A stretch of DNA of 64,000 nt from Bugula neritina. Its lineage: Eukaryota; Animalia; Bryozoa. A program made the translations under genes and the position numbers. Position 1 is the stretch's first letter. Each line of letters begins with the position of its first letter. Of the stretch, positions 40,326 to 54,403 are shown piece by piece. The notes below the pieces were generated by a model, which saw only the letters and a program-made list of their open reading frames with translations, was not told where the DNA came from and did not search any database. The stretch covers positions 3,639,929-3,703,928 of the forward strand of contig OZ037769.1 of the NCBI GenBank assembly GCA_964035545.1. Direction: 5' to 3'.

Positions 40326-41911
40326 GGCTAAAAGTTAGAGATTAAATTTTTGGAATGATATTAAATCCTATCCTAGATTATAGGTTAATTCAAATTAAAA
40401 TTATTTTATTTACCCTGACAACATTACTGTTACCCTGCATGGTGACATTTTATTATCATTGTACAATTTAGTTACATGATAAGCTATAAAATATGTTACT
40501 CACCGGATAGAGTGTTGATACAATAATATTCAGTTTTTCAAATAAACTACCTTGTTCTCTCAACAGTTGCTAAATGAGCTAATTTGCAGTTTATTCTTGA
40601 CTTCATTCTACTCACTGTGTCAAATATTGCATCATATTGCAATAACAGAAACTGAACATGATAGGACAATTCCATCTGTAACACATCTAAAGGTGGAACA
40701 ACTCATCGATAGTTAACTACTGATACCTATGGAGAGTATAGAACATACAATTCATACAAGTTATATATTTTGTTGAAACCTGAAAAATACTGTTCCATAA
40801 GGTTGTATAAAAAGACTCTGTAATTTCAATATGGTATAGCATACAGAAATAAGGAATTCATTCAACAAGAAATGCATTTAGTTGATAATTGTGCATGGGA
40901 ATAGATAATGATGAAGTTAAAGAAATTTCACTATGTTGGAAGTATTAAAAGCTGCACATTTGTGTGCAATTTTGTTGCATAAATGTATAAAAAACACTGC
41001 TACAAAAAACTTTATTACTGTATATAATACTTACTTTAATATAGCCTTTCTTTGTTTATATTATAATTATAGATGCCCTTTTCTAAGTAACAAACTGCTG
41101 TCAAATTGTGGGGAAAATCTTCTAAATTTGGAATTTTCGCATGAATAAATTAAAAAGTAGAAAAAATTCATCTGCTCAAATTAAATAGAAATTCTTGTTC
41201 AATATATATACGTATATCTGGCGTTGTGACACTGATAGAGTGTCTACAAGCATTGTAACAGATGAGTATATATACTTAACTGTATATATCTATAATACTT
41301 ATATATTAATAATATATAAGCTCATATGCTTGTTGGGGCCTAATATTATAACATTTTTGTATATATATGCTATATAGACTTTTAGTTAAAAAATACAAAT
41401 TGGGATCTAATATATATTTTTTTATTATAGCTTGTCATTATATTGTATTTTTTAATTAATAAGACATGCACATAAAAATAATATTTAAAGCTTAGTATTA
41501 GTGGCACAGCAAACCATACTGTTTAACATGAAGGAGTGAATTTCAGCTAAGATGGGTGTCTAGTTATACATAAATGTTTCCAGATCAAATTGAAAACCTC
41601 CCAAACTATATGTGACTGTCATGTTTAAAATTTGCTATCATCAGGAGTACTCACTGGAAGTAAAGACTTTAGAGCTGCGAACCACGTATATAGTTTAAGC
41701 ATATGCTTATGCTCTATACACAGAGAGAAATATTAGTGTTAGAGTGAACATTAGCTGACAACTAAAACAGCTCGTTTTTTGGATCCCTAAATTGACCAGC
41801 AGTGAATAGAAATTAGTGTCAGGTACTGTTCACAGTGAATAGTATGTTAGATCAATGTTGATATAAAGAGTTGTGAAGTTGATTCTTTGTATTTATCACA
41901 ATGAGCCAAGT

Positions 41912-42320
41912 TATGTTCAATGGTGATCTTATATATGTTCAATGGTGAGCTTATATATTTTCAATGGTGATCTTATTTATGCTCAATAGTGATATTATAT
42001 ATGTTTAATAGTGATCTTATTTATGTTCAATAGTGATACTATATATGTTCAATGGTGAGCTTATATATATTCAATGGTGATCTTATTTATGCTCAATAGT
42101 GATATTATATATGTTTAATGATGATCTTATTTATGTTCAATAGTGATACTATATATGTTCAATGGTGAGCTTATATATATTCAATGGTGATCTTATTTAT
42201 GCTCAATAGTGATATTATATATGTTTAATAATGATCTTATTTCTGTTCAATGATGATCTTAGATATGCTCAATGCTGAACTAAGTTATATTCAAAGCTGA
42301 ATTTATAAATGTTCCATGCT
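41912..42320. repeat. 22-bp minisatellite with a 110-bp higher-order period
   Basis: Unit approximately tatgttcaatggtgatcttata. The variant atatatgttcaatggtgagc recurs at 41931, 42041 and 42151. Confidence 0.93.
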
Positions 42321-42608
42321 GCTCTAATTTTTGTTGGAAATAAGCTTCTGCAAAAATTATTACTGATCACTCTGAACTAACTTGTCATAACTTCTAACCA
42401 GTATGAGAGTATAGTGATGTGGATTTTATTGTATATGATAGTTGAATATAAGAAATGCAACAAAAAATAACTTCTAAAGATTAAAATAAGAAAAAAAACA
42501 TGAAAATAAACATTTGCAGAAGTTTTCTACGACTGTAAATTCAGTTAACTTTTCTCAATATTAGCAGAACCTGCTAAGACCATAGTGTGTGTCATTACGT
42601 TCTTGCTC

Positions 42609-42945
42609 TGTAGTGTAGCGTTAACCAAGCAGTTGTGGTGTGTAATGGTTAGCACACCTGTGTTCAAGTCCGAGGTCTGTGATAGTAACCCAAGTACAGG
42701 AGGGAGGGGAGGGGGAAGTTTTATAACTAATTCCAGCAGTTAGTAAAGTGTGGTAGTATTCCGAGAAGAGTTGAGTGGTCAGGGAAGCTTGAAGGAGTAG
42801 TATAAAGAAAGGCAGCTGAGTTCTTGAAAAGTGGGTAAGGTGTAGTGTCGAGAGCACCCAGTGACGCTTGTAATGTAGTGGTGAGTATGCTTGTAATGTA
42901 GTGGTGAGTGCGCTTGCTTGCAGGCTGAAGGTCTCAGCATGATTC
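42609..42945 (+). mobile_element. tRNA-containing direct-repeat element (two TGTAGTG-headed units 232 bp apart)
   Basis: Units start at 42609 and 42841. Each has a leader of about 22 nt followed by a tRNA-like segment (gtgtaatggttagcac in the first). The spacer is homologous to 57075-57194 (minus) and ends in a purine-rich tract. Confidence 0.65.
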
Positions 42946-43099
42946 AAAGTTTTGTAGCGGTCAAATTCTTTTTTGTGCTCCTATTCAGCATCTTTGACTG
43001 CATGTTTTTAAAAAATGTTATGGGATCTACAACAAAAGATAAAAGTTGGGTAATATTTAAACTGTATTAGTATGAACAGTAAACATTTGGTTAAGATAT

Positions 43100-44800
43100 A
43101 CAATCACAAGCAGCGTAAATAAATTAAGTTCAACTTTGAAAAAGCTGAAGTCTAAGGCCAAAACTAATAGTACCAATGATGTTAGCTATGAATCTTTCAA
43201 CATATTTCCAGCACCATCGTACCAATCGTTTGATGCTGAATAACCATACAGGCTTTGGCAAACTTATGATCATTATGTTGCGTAGTGTTTGGGTTAGTTT
43301 GAGCTTATCAAAATTTAGTAACAATTATGGCCATCATTTTATTTTACTTCTTTCTTAATTACAAATGCAAGAGCTGTTGGGCATATTTAGTTTAGTTAAT
43401 AGAAGCTTCTCTGCATTAAAATTATCTCAAAATGTCAGTGAACCACAATTTAAGCTAGATTCAGCATTTTATATGGACCCCTCATATCGAGATAACAGAT
43501 ATTGATAAGTTTCAGTATGTCTATAAATTGAAAAACAAATAAAGTACTACCAAGAAAAATATTGCTACTTAAACATGTTTTTATATTTAATTGTGCTGTG
43601 CAAAGATGAATAAAAGAATAAACTGGTAGCACGGAAGTTAATAAAAGATTTTGCCAACTTTGCCAACTCACCACTAATATTGGCATTTTGGTACTTAGCT
43701 ATAAAACAAGAAGCTAGCTTGGCAGCTGCTTAAGGCTAATAACTACTTGTAGGCTGCTAAACTGCATTATTAACAATACTTCTACAATGGGGGGGGGGAA
43801 TTCAAATTGATGAATTTACCACAAATTGCTAGAAGGTGAAGTGGAAATAAAACGCTAATTTTTTTGAAAATAGATTGTTAGAGGAAAACTCGTATCAAAT
43901 TGATATAGGAATAGAGTAGTTTGGGAAATATCAGTCAATGTGGTCTCTTAAAAGTTATAGTTGCACAAAATCAATTATCTGTCTACAGCAATAGTCATAC
44001 TGTCATTGTGATATAAAATGACAACGTTAAGCAACTGATTGAGCTTACCTTTTGCTGATATGACAACTTCAGTTCTTAACTCTGAAAGAAAGTGATCATC
44101 TTCTATCTCTGAGAGGTAGCTGCAATCTTTACCCATGTGATGAAATGATTTAATGTTTTTCATGTTGTGAGGTTGTTTGGAAGCACAAATTCACTGAATC
44201 TCAAAGCACAACCTCTTAGTCTGAGCCTCTGGTGTTCACTATGCCGGCAGAATATTTCTTCTGTCAACAGCCGTAAATGAAAACTATGTGCTGTTATGTA
44301 ATAACCTTTGTTTTGCTCTTTCAATGCTTGGTAAGCCAGTTTCTTGCCTTTGAATTACAATTTAAATATTTCCTTACTATAGCTCTGTTATGCAACATCT
44401 TCTTTTGTTCCACCAGGTAGTTTACACAAGTTACTTGGGCTTTTGAAGTGGTTCACCTGATCCACAATTGACTATTCAGTAGCTTGTTTCATTGTTAATT
44501 TTAAGCTTCTTGTTTGAAACACATTTGCTGATAACTGAGTACATTGGAGTTTAATGGTGTATCTCCCTGATTTCTCTTTTACACACATTTTAAATTAGTT
44601 GGCTTTCCTTTCCATGAATGAAATTGACTAGTGAAGCCTAAACTACCCATGCAAGAGATATGTACAGTTGAGATTTTTTGTTGATAAATTCAACTTAAGT
44701 CTTTGATAAACGGAGTGGGGCAATGTTTAATAGTAGTCTGGTAACAAGCTATTTGAAAATGTCTTGAGTTCAAAAAAATTTTGAAATCATAAACAGCTAG
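43100..44800 (-). mobile_element. Highly decayed CR1/L2-like LINE fragments
   Basis: Minus-strand peptides PVWLFSIKRLVRWCWK (PVW..K.LE.VQRR-like) and NIFLGSTLFVFQFIDI (GS.LGP.LF..YINDL-like) occur in LINE ORF2 order. Many stops; boundaries approximate. Confidence 0.42.
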
Positions 44801-46793
44801 TAGGTTGAAGGAGCTTCATTCCACTTATATGCTCTCCAGTTAGGTTGTATTTTTTGTTTTGGTACTAAGTATTATATACCTATATACCCTTTTATAACTT
44901 TCATATCGATTGCTAAACATAAAATAACCATTGATATGATATATTTGCAATAATATTTAAATTTTCCCAAATTTGTGTTGAGAAAAAGCATTAAATGCAT
45001 TAATAATAACATTTTTTTTAAAAAACAAAAAATATAGAAAATGCAAAATTAATAGGTTTATGCAGAGCAAAGAAATTTATTTGTGTGCCAATTATAAAAA
45101 GCAATTGACTCAAATTTATTTAAATACACATATATTTCAATAGTGTTCAAATAAATTGCACGTAAAATGTATAAATAGCATCTAACTGGGAAGCACCAAT
45201 TGAAATGACCCAAATGTAGGGTTCAACTTTATCCTAGCTTCCTATAAAGGTTTGTGATCATCATTAGTGCACATGTGAACGAATAATGTTGTTAGGTGAA
45301 CAACTGCCAATTGTTCCATAATTCTTATGTAAATAAAATTTTGCTTGAACATACGTAGTTGTAGCATTGATCTCACTTTCTGCTCCTATCAACTACTGTT
45401 TAGCTTCATTCAGACCTAGGGATGATGATTACGTAATACTTGTGAAAAGTAGCGTTGACTTAACAACTAAGTGGTTTCAGAGCTACTACAAAATATTTTT
45501 CAGCTTACACTAATCGGATTAATTTTCAATTTCATCAAAATAAGTGCAGGTCTAACAACTATTAGAGGTGTGGTGTAGGCTATACCGACAATAAAAGGCT
45601 CTTTGAACAACTTTAGTGCAAGCGCTGCACTAATATTTCTCTCTGTGTATATAATGTTGTCTGAAATACAAAATGGAAAGGAAAACCAATTGTGAATTTT
45701 ATTCATTTGTTTTACAAAATATATAAATCTACTCAGCTACCTACAGGCAGTTACGAGTAAGTGGAAAACTAAAAGAAATATTTTTGAACTCTTTACCTAG
45801 TGCCTACAAGAACTGCACCGATGCAGATGTGTTAAATGTTGGGGATGCTTTGCCTAACTTGCTTTGCATATAACAGCTGGTATATTTATATTATTAAAAC
45901 TGCGGTCTGTTGAACTGTTTAGTTGTAAAATAATTTCTAGTTATTTTTTTTTCATTGCTGAAAGCCAAGCCAATACTAGCACTATTTTGCTAAACTTAAT
46001 ATTTACTAATGTATATTATACTGGCCTAGTTCATCAATTGCGATCAATTGCGACTCGGTGCGTTGACCCTTGATTCAATTATTTTATCGACTCACTGAAG
46101 CGTATCAGTGTGCTGAATGGGCTAGTAGTGTTACTAGTTTACTTTGCAGTTACTAGCCCTGTGCACTCTCATGCCGCATTAGCAACTATCTGAAGTCCTA
46201 CGGCTACTCCGCATTCGATTTAGGTCACCCTATTAGTTAATAATTTGCTAGAGTATTGATCAACATTACGGCTGTATCTTTCAGGCAAGCATCAACTGGA
46301 GTTTAGCCGCATAGTGATAGAAGTTGAAGACTAGTAGTTCAACTACTAGAAGTAGTTGAAGGGCTTCTATTTGCTATAACAAATCACTTGGACTTCCATC
46401 GCCTTATTTTCCCATAGCAACTGCCCTGCTTAAAACTAGAAGGAACTTTCCAAAGGTAAATGAACATAGAATTCTTACTCAACTCGCTGTAAAGTATATG
46501 AAATTATAGCAGACTGATACTGATGTTGTAAGACTAGGTGCATGCAGTAAAACTAAATGGGTATACTGATGACACTGAGACTAATACTGATAGTGATACT
46601 GTAAGTATATATGCATTAAGTCATAAGTTGTCATACTTAATCAGTTAATCTTATACTATATAGTTATACTGATAATGATACTAATATAGTAATACTGTAA
46701 CCGCAGTAGCCTAAGTGTATACTCATAGTGTTAGCAAAAGTACATACTCATACTGTAAGTGTATACAGTACATATATACTTTTAGTATAAATT

Positions 46794-46796
<3 letters not shown>

Positions 46797-46876
<80 letters not shown>
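46797..46876. repeat. (TA)n microsatellite
   Basis: Direct observation. Another short tract lies at 47258-47281. Confidence 0.97.
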
Positions 46877-46878
<2 letters not shown>

Positions 46879-47335
46879 TCATATTGATATAGGAGGTGTA
46901 TACTCATAGTAACACTGTCAGTACATATACATGTAGTTAAGATGTATTTTAACTGAGGACTACAGCAGTAAAACTAGATAGAAATCAGATACAAGGAATG
47001 GATAACTAACTTTGGTACACTTTAAGTTTCTAATTATTTTCTGAGTAGATGGTACCTAAATTCAAAGCTAGAAATTATAAAAAATTATCTGCAGTTTGAT
47101 ATTCTACCAGTACAGTTGTTTATTATGCTATTTTGTTTATATCTTTAGTCATTGGTCTGAAATATGGGTTTAAAATGCTCTAAACCAGAGGTGCTCTAGA
47201 TTCCATGTTTGTATATACACAAGACCCTATATTCATATACATACAATATGTATAATTATATATATATATATATATATATAATGTGAGAAATTAGGGTATT
47301 ATGTGTCTTTAAGAAGTTAATCTCAAACCTACACC

Positions 47336-50300
47336 ATGAATGAAAATGCAGACCCCCTGCTACCCAACTACCCGCCACAACCAGGTGCACCTGGACAACC
47401 ATCTCAAGTAGTCTACCAGCAAACCCCTCAAGGTCAACCTCAGGTCATGTATGTGATGGCCCCACAAGCTCAACCTCTTTCTCAGGTATTCTAATATAAC
47501 AAAATCAATATAATTCTTTAAAATTATTTAGCACCTAAAAGCCTGCAATTTTAAAACTGCTTTCCATGCATATAACATGTTAATCAAACGAAGAAAATAG
47601 CTGAGAATGTAAACTATATTATAATGATATATTGTTCTTACACTGTTGTATTGAATATTCCTATACATGCTTGTAGATGACATATATAGCACTAGTCACA
47701 GGGCATGTAATTGTGTCTCAAAAAGTAGACAATTACCGGTATCATATGGAATACTTTAGAATACTTTTAGCCTAAATGTTTAATAACTTATTAGATAATC
47801 ACCACAGTGGTAATACACATGCAGCATACGCATGCAGCTATTGTGTCACAGAATTCTTAATTAACTTATGGTGTTTATATTGTTTACGAGGAAGAATTTC
47901 CTTGTAGAGTGAACAGTCATCCTCAACTTGCTGGTTCATTACTGCCCTAATATCCGCCATATGCTGCTGCCTGCCCCTAGGAGTAGCTGGTGCCATCGCT
48001 GCCTCTGCTTCTAGGGAGGAGGCTATGCGGGGGAATGCACTTGCTCATCAACAGAAGCTCAAACAAGCTAAAGTTTTGACTGTCCTATCTTTTCTTGTAG
48101 GAGCTGGTCTTATTATTGGACTACTAATGTGGGTAAGATTTTACACTATCAGAGTGTTGTTGAATACTACTACACTGGCTGTGTCTGCTCTGTATTAGAT
48201 TGCGATGTGTTTCAATGTACGATCCAAAAGATACAACACTTTTAAATCCCAAAACCCTAAACATATGTCTAAAAATTTAACTACTCTGAAAAATGTAATA
48301 ATATGCAAAATTGTTACTAAAAGCTTAAAGTAGGTTGAAGTAGTAGTAGACAACACCATGTCTGAATCTCTGTTGAAATTCTGACGGAAAACTGTTTTAA
48401 CTTCTTTTCTCCTGATTACAGGCGTTGCCATTCTTCTATACACCAGGTTCAATTAAATATTACGATGAAGATCCAAACGATGTTGGAAAATGGTCAGGTA
48501 AACAGCTATAACATGTCTATAATAGCTTGTTTAAATCAAACCAATATTTCTTAAGTTGTAAAGCTGCGTTTATACTTGTGTTTTCATATAATGGGTGCCA
48601 TCTTGTCATATAATAGGTGCCATCTTGTATCATAGTGTGCATGTTTTAGATAGAGGAGTATACATAGGATGCTATAACAACCATTCTCCGGATCCAGACC
48701 TCAACAGCTCTTCTGTATATTGGACTGACAACAATGTGGACAAGTGTGTTAAATATTGTGCTGAAAAAAGTTAGTTTTAAATCACTTGTCACTTGTAAAT
48801 TCTTAGCACTAATTTGAGATGTGCTTATAAACTTGTTTATATTAGTAACAGTTAAGTTTGTGTAGAAATTAGTACTACTGTAGTCTATATACTGAGCTAA
48901 CGAACTTACATGCTGAGTTGATGCAGTTGTATGGGAAAGGGTGACCTGTTCATAAAACTGTTCATTGCCTACTAGTCATGTTTCGTTAAAAAAACTATAA
49001 CAGCATTACAATGCATTTGATTAGAAAAAAATAGATTATGTTCAGTTTACAGTAAATTAGGTTGGTGATTAGTGTGAATCTTCCCTGGTGTTTATTTTAT
49101 TATTTAAACTTGGCTTATATACTGGGTTTACAACCTACACTTCTACACCATCAAGATTACTAATTTTGTTAACCAACTTAATTTTTTTATTATATGATAC
49201 ATATATCTATGCCAACTGGTTGTACTTGAGAGCTATAAGGAATTTGCTGTAGGCACAGCTTGTTTTCAAAGGTTAAAGAAATAGCGCAAAGTAAAAGCTT
49301 GGCACTTGTAATGAGTCATGCTAGATGAAAATTGATTGGCTACATCATATATTGTTCAAAATCTATTCCATTTTAAACTTATTAGTGTTATTTCATGTTT
49401 GCCACAGGAACAAAATACGCAGGATTGTCTAATGGCTACTGTTATTGTGGCAATTCCTACGGCAGGTATGGAAAAGCCGATGCGGATGACTTTTGTTCTG
49501 ATCCATGTCCTGTCCCTCACGAGGATGAGATGTGTGGAGCATCTTACCTTGTCTCTTTGTATAGGACTAATTATCTAGGTCAGTATGCTATAACTGAACA
49601 GTGTTTTATGTGCAAATCTGTACTACTAAAAGTAGTAAATTTTACTTGTTTAATGAAATATATTCCAAGAGGCTAATTAGTAAAATTATCAAAATGATCA
49701 AATTTTCACTCAACAACCAACCAGCAACAGCTGGAACAATACTTTTTGAATAATTTATATATTTGAGAAGTAGTGCTTGCATATATAATAATTATTTTGA
49801 TAAAGTAAATTAACAAACTTTGAGGTGGTATATGATGACTTTTTTCTATCTCTAAGCATTATGATAACATATTGTGCCAGTCAATATACTACCTCATTGT
49901 TTTTTCATAATTTTATGATGTAACAGCGTGATGTGACTTACTTTAATGTGTCACACTATGCCATTGTCATATGATCTGGGTTGATGTGTCACAGGGTGTT
50001 ATGTGAAAGATAATAGTTCACTGGAAGGTAACCCAATAGAATATGTGACAGCTGAAGAATGTACAGAAGCATGTGGCTATGCAGGTTAGTGCATGTTTCT
50101 ATATTCCAAGTAAGTTATGAAAATTTGATGGGAAGACAAATCTAGTTGTACCAAGTATAAAGTTTTTAGAAGATGTCTTTTTAAATATTGTAGGAATACT
50201 GACACTTAAATAAGATGTTTTGTGGCAGCCTGACAATAATGTGCATGCAATAAATGTTTTCGTTTTAACTTTTCTGGTAACTCATCTCTATGAAATTATT

Positions 50301-53300
50301 TTTAGCATTATTTATGTTTTAACAATGAAATATATTATAGTATAACATTGAGTAGGGATTTGGGTTTTGTAATTTTACTTTTTTGAAGATGGCTCATTTA
50401 GTGCCTCTTTTCAATGTCCAACAGAGCAATTTCGTTATTCAAATAAAATGTTAATGTTTTCATTGCAGAATTTAATATAATGATGTAATGTAACATCATG
50501 GGTTTATAATATATATTGCAGACTACGATTTTGTTGGCGTAGCGCTAAATCAGGGTTGTAATTGTGACAATGACTTCAACAGATTTACTGAAACTAGTAA
50601 CGAAAATTGCGCTGCTGCGTGTCCCAGCAACAGTAGTCTGATTTGTGGAATTCCTGGTGTGAAGGCAGTATATAAGACATGGGTGTTTACCAGAGGTAAG
50701 GGTCTGTTACTATGCTAATTTTAATACAATAATTACTTATCACATTTGATAATATATTTAATTTCTATGATGTACATTTTTCTGGAATTTGCAAAAATTT
50801 TTGTATCTTGTGTCGATTGCAAAAATTTACACTAAAGGAGTTGAACTCATTTTTTTTATCTTTACATAATTTAAACTCTTTTTCTACAAAATTTATCAAT
50901 TTTTCTAGCTAAATATTTCTTTAAATTTAATCTGTCATACCTTACAAAGTTTAATAAAATGTTTACTTGTAATGTTTGATATTATGTTGAAATTTTCAAT
51001 GATCTGAAATTACTCATTACAAATTTCTAAGTGTATAGTCTCATTGAGACTGAAATGTAAAATACAATAAAATAACTGAGGTTTACAAAATGTTAATTAT
51101 ACTTTTTACTTTATATTTCGATTTTGATGATATATAAATGTTTACCATGTATGAGTTAGATTTCATTTTTAAGATCTTTCTCACGAAGTTTGTTTTGTTC
51201 AAAATTTTTTTTTACAAAATATAAGGAATAACATTTAAAATCTAACTTAACTTAACATACCTCAGCATATAAGTCATAATGTTAATTTCCATCAAAATGT
51301 TTTATTTTATACAGACATCGTATTTGGATACTCCCGCGGCTGTTATCTAGAGAACGCATCAGACCCTGACATGGACGATACTCCAGTTACTCTCAATCCG
51401 GACACTGCTTTGGAAGATTGTACAGAAAGTTGTGTCAACAGAGGTTCGCATCTTTGCAATTGACCCTTTGCATTGTGTTGGAAAAGTAAAATATCATTTT
51501 ATTAATAATATAGAAATTATCCTAAATAATTTTATATATAAATTATTTGGACCATAATATACAACATCATAGTTGCAACTACTATTGTGGTTATTTGATA
51601 AATATATTCCAATAACTTGAGCAATGTGCAAAAACTTCCGTTTTATTGCCGTTGCATGCTTTACAAAAAAATTAAGTTTTCAACTCAAAATTATATTGAG
51701 AAAAAGTATCTTCTAACAGTTTCAAAACCATCTAATTTTAAACAAGCAGCCGGTGTTATCATGCAACTAAATATTTGTACAGTTATTTTGTTAGCTTTCA
51801 AGAAATTATGACTTCAAAAAAAATATATATCTATTATACACAACAGGTTGTAAAATTTGGTATTTAGTCTCTATTATGGCAATAAAATGCTGTACAGAAC
51901 AGCACCACCCTTCAAGATGTTTACTGGTTTAGAAAAAGTTTTTAATACAAAGTTAATATACTCGTACATGAACATACAACACAAAAGCATGTCTATAGTT
52001 GAAACGGCCTGAGGCACCAAACAATATGGGTGTCTGTTAGTCAGTCAGTTATTTATCTCTTTGAACATTCATTCTCTGCATTGCATAGTTTTGCTATGTC
52101 ACTACTTATAGGATTCAAATATGCTGGAGTACAAGAGACTAGTTGTTTCTGTTCTCAAACTTATGGCAAGCACGGTGAAACCTCGGAGTTTGATTGCAAT
52201 CTATGTGAAGACGGCTCATACATGAGATGTGGCGCTCAGGAGAAAAACTCTGTGTACCGCACGACTTTTCTAGGTAAGAGTAGAATAGAGGAAAGCAATT
52301 TATTCTGTGTAGTGATGAGTTTAGCCAGTGGTCCCTGTGGTGTAATGGTTAGCACCCTTGCTTGCATACCAGAGGTCTCAGGTTCGATTCCCAGTGGGAG
52401 CAATTATTTTTCATTCTGCACTCCAATAAAAAAAAATTATTTACTTCTGAAATTGTGGCGAACTTTCAAATGACAAGTTAAACAAATTCATGCAAATACC
52501 AGTGTTAAAAAATAGCATTTCTGTTGATATGAATTAATTATACTGTCTCAGATTGAAACCAAAATTTTAAGCCCATGTTATGTTTTTGAACTATAGGTCT
52601 TGCAAAGTTCTACCATTTTTTTCCATGTTTAATATATTTCATTGCTAAATCATTGAAATTAGAAAAGTATTTTTAAGACTAGAAAAATTATGGCAATTTT
52701 TAACTTCTACAGTTATTTTAGTTCTCTGGTAAACAATGTTTCAATCATTATAGCTGCTTTTAACATAAATGATGCCAAAAATCTCGTGAGAACATATGCT
52801 GATTATACAGTATATCCAAAGGATTGCTGCTCAAGTGCGCTTCTTTCTAGTAGATATCAATTTTCAGTATAAGATCTTTAAAAAAAACATTGGGACAGTA
52901 AATTTAACTATTTTTTTAGTTTTATTATTTGAAATGACCTACTCAAGGTTTTGAATGATATAAAATTTACATAATATATTGTATTGGTAATTCTAAAACT
53001 ACAACGAAATACTTTGTGTTTCTTTAAACTATATGGATTAGAATGAACTTTTGGCTAATAAATAGTAGAAAAAGAGGTAAAAATTAGTTTGTTTCCTGTG
53101 GGCATAATTTGCTTTTGTTTCAAAAATATGTGATAGATTAAATATTTTTCCAAACTTGTAAAAAACTTGTTTGACTCCAAAAATGTCCCATACTTTCATG
53201 CTGAATCTGAATAAAATTGTTTGGAAACCTTATTATTTAAGATTGTAATTTACAAGCTTAAAAATATAAATGTGAAATTATTTTTTATTATATTTTTCAA

Positions 53301-54403
53301 TAAACTTTTTAAATGTAAATGTTTGTGTTTTGCAGGCTGTTACATAGAAGATATGTTTGTAAAGACATTTGATCACTTTGCTCATTTACCTAGTTATGAT
53401 ATCACTCCAACTGAATGCATATCGAAATGCAGAAAAGATGGTGAGTTAATTAACTTAATTCTACATACTTATTTCGTAATAAGGAGACAAGATAGCCTGG
53501 TTTAAATATATTTAGAAGTTATCAATTCACCATGTCAACCTATTTGACCTGTAGAATTTTAATCCTAAAACACAATAACTTTTAATTTCAGAAGATTTTT
53601 CAAAATTTTAAAAGTGATGCTCAATTTTTTTGTTGCTGCCGCTGCTGGGTCTAGCAATGTATTTGGTCGAAATTTATAAGTAGCATATGTAAATCATATT
53701 TGCTACACGTTTTATATAGTGTTGCAATACATATAATAAAGCAAGCTCAACATTATACTGTGTGAAATAGCAGATGGCATACTCATATTTCTTTTAAAAG
53801 GCAAATCATTCGCTCAAGGTTGCACATTTTATCTAATATATAGTATTGATTATAGTATAATATGAACTATACTAAAATATAACTTTAACTAGAGTATCAT
53901 ATGAACTACAGTAGATTATAACATATAGAAAAGTATAACATAATATTTACTAGAGTATAATATAATATTAATTAGATTTTAATAGCAACTATAAAGTATA
54001 ATATGGTATGTAGCAGAGTATATAATTCATGATATTTACTAGAATATAATATCTAAAAAACAATCCGAATTTTCCTTCATTATTCAGTGTATGGAAAACT
54101 GAAAATTAGTAAGGAAAGCTTATTTTTCAAGCCTTATAAATTTTATAGAGATGGTATATTAAAATTATATTTTCTATAAGTACATAAACGTTTTAAGACA
54201 CTTTTATAAATATTTTAGGATTTCTTTTTGCTGGAATTCGAAATGGACAAGATTGTTACTGTGGAAATGAATTCAACAGATACGGTGAAGCCCCTGTGGA
54301 TGAATGCAATCTCCCTTGTTCTGGCAACCCTCAGGTTACTTGTGGTGGAATCCTTCGTAATTCTGTTTATAATACTCAGTTTGACTCTCAAAGATACAAT
54401 TAA
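47336..54403 (+). CDS. Gene A4: Pro/Gln-rich tail + CD225 + linker + 4 WSC, about 528 aa
   Basis: accATG at 47336. Exons 47336-47485, 47908-48132 (CD225: WFITALISAICCCLPLGVAGAIAASASREEAMRGN...), 48422-48497, 48650-48769, 49408-49578, 49995-50084, 50522-50695, 51315-51443, 52112-52273, 53336-53440, 54219-54403. Total 1587 nt, open frame, all GT-AG. Confidence 0.88.
52308..52413 (+). mobile_element. Single unit of the tRNA-containing repeat (tRNA-Gln-like, solo-LTR-like) in an A4 intron
   Basis: TG...CA unit containing ggtccctgtggtgtaatggttagcac...ggttcgattcc (A and B boxes). TTCTG on both sides (52303-52307, 52414-52418). The anticodon stem does not pair. Confidence 0.7.

Noticed and set aside
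41912-42320. CRISPR-like array
   Set aside because: Contiguous units without unique spacers, in a eukaryotic context with no cas genes.
46020-46460. CpG-richer patch upstream of A4
   Set aside because: No ORF, TIR, TSD or second copy to support a call. It could be a promoter/first exon or a repeat fragment.
52329-52402. Functional tRNA gene
   Set aside because: A and B boxes are present, but the anticodon stem does not pair and the segment belongs to a dispersed repeat.
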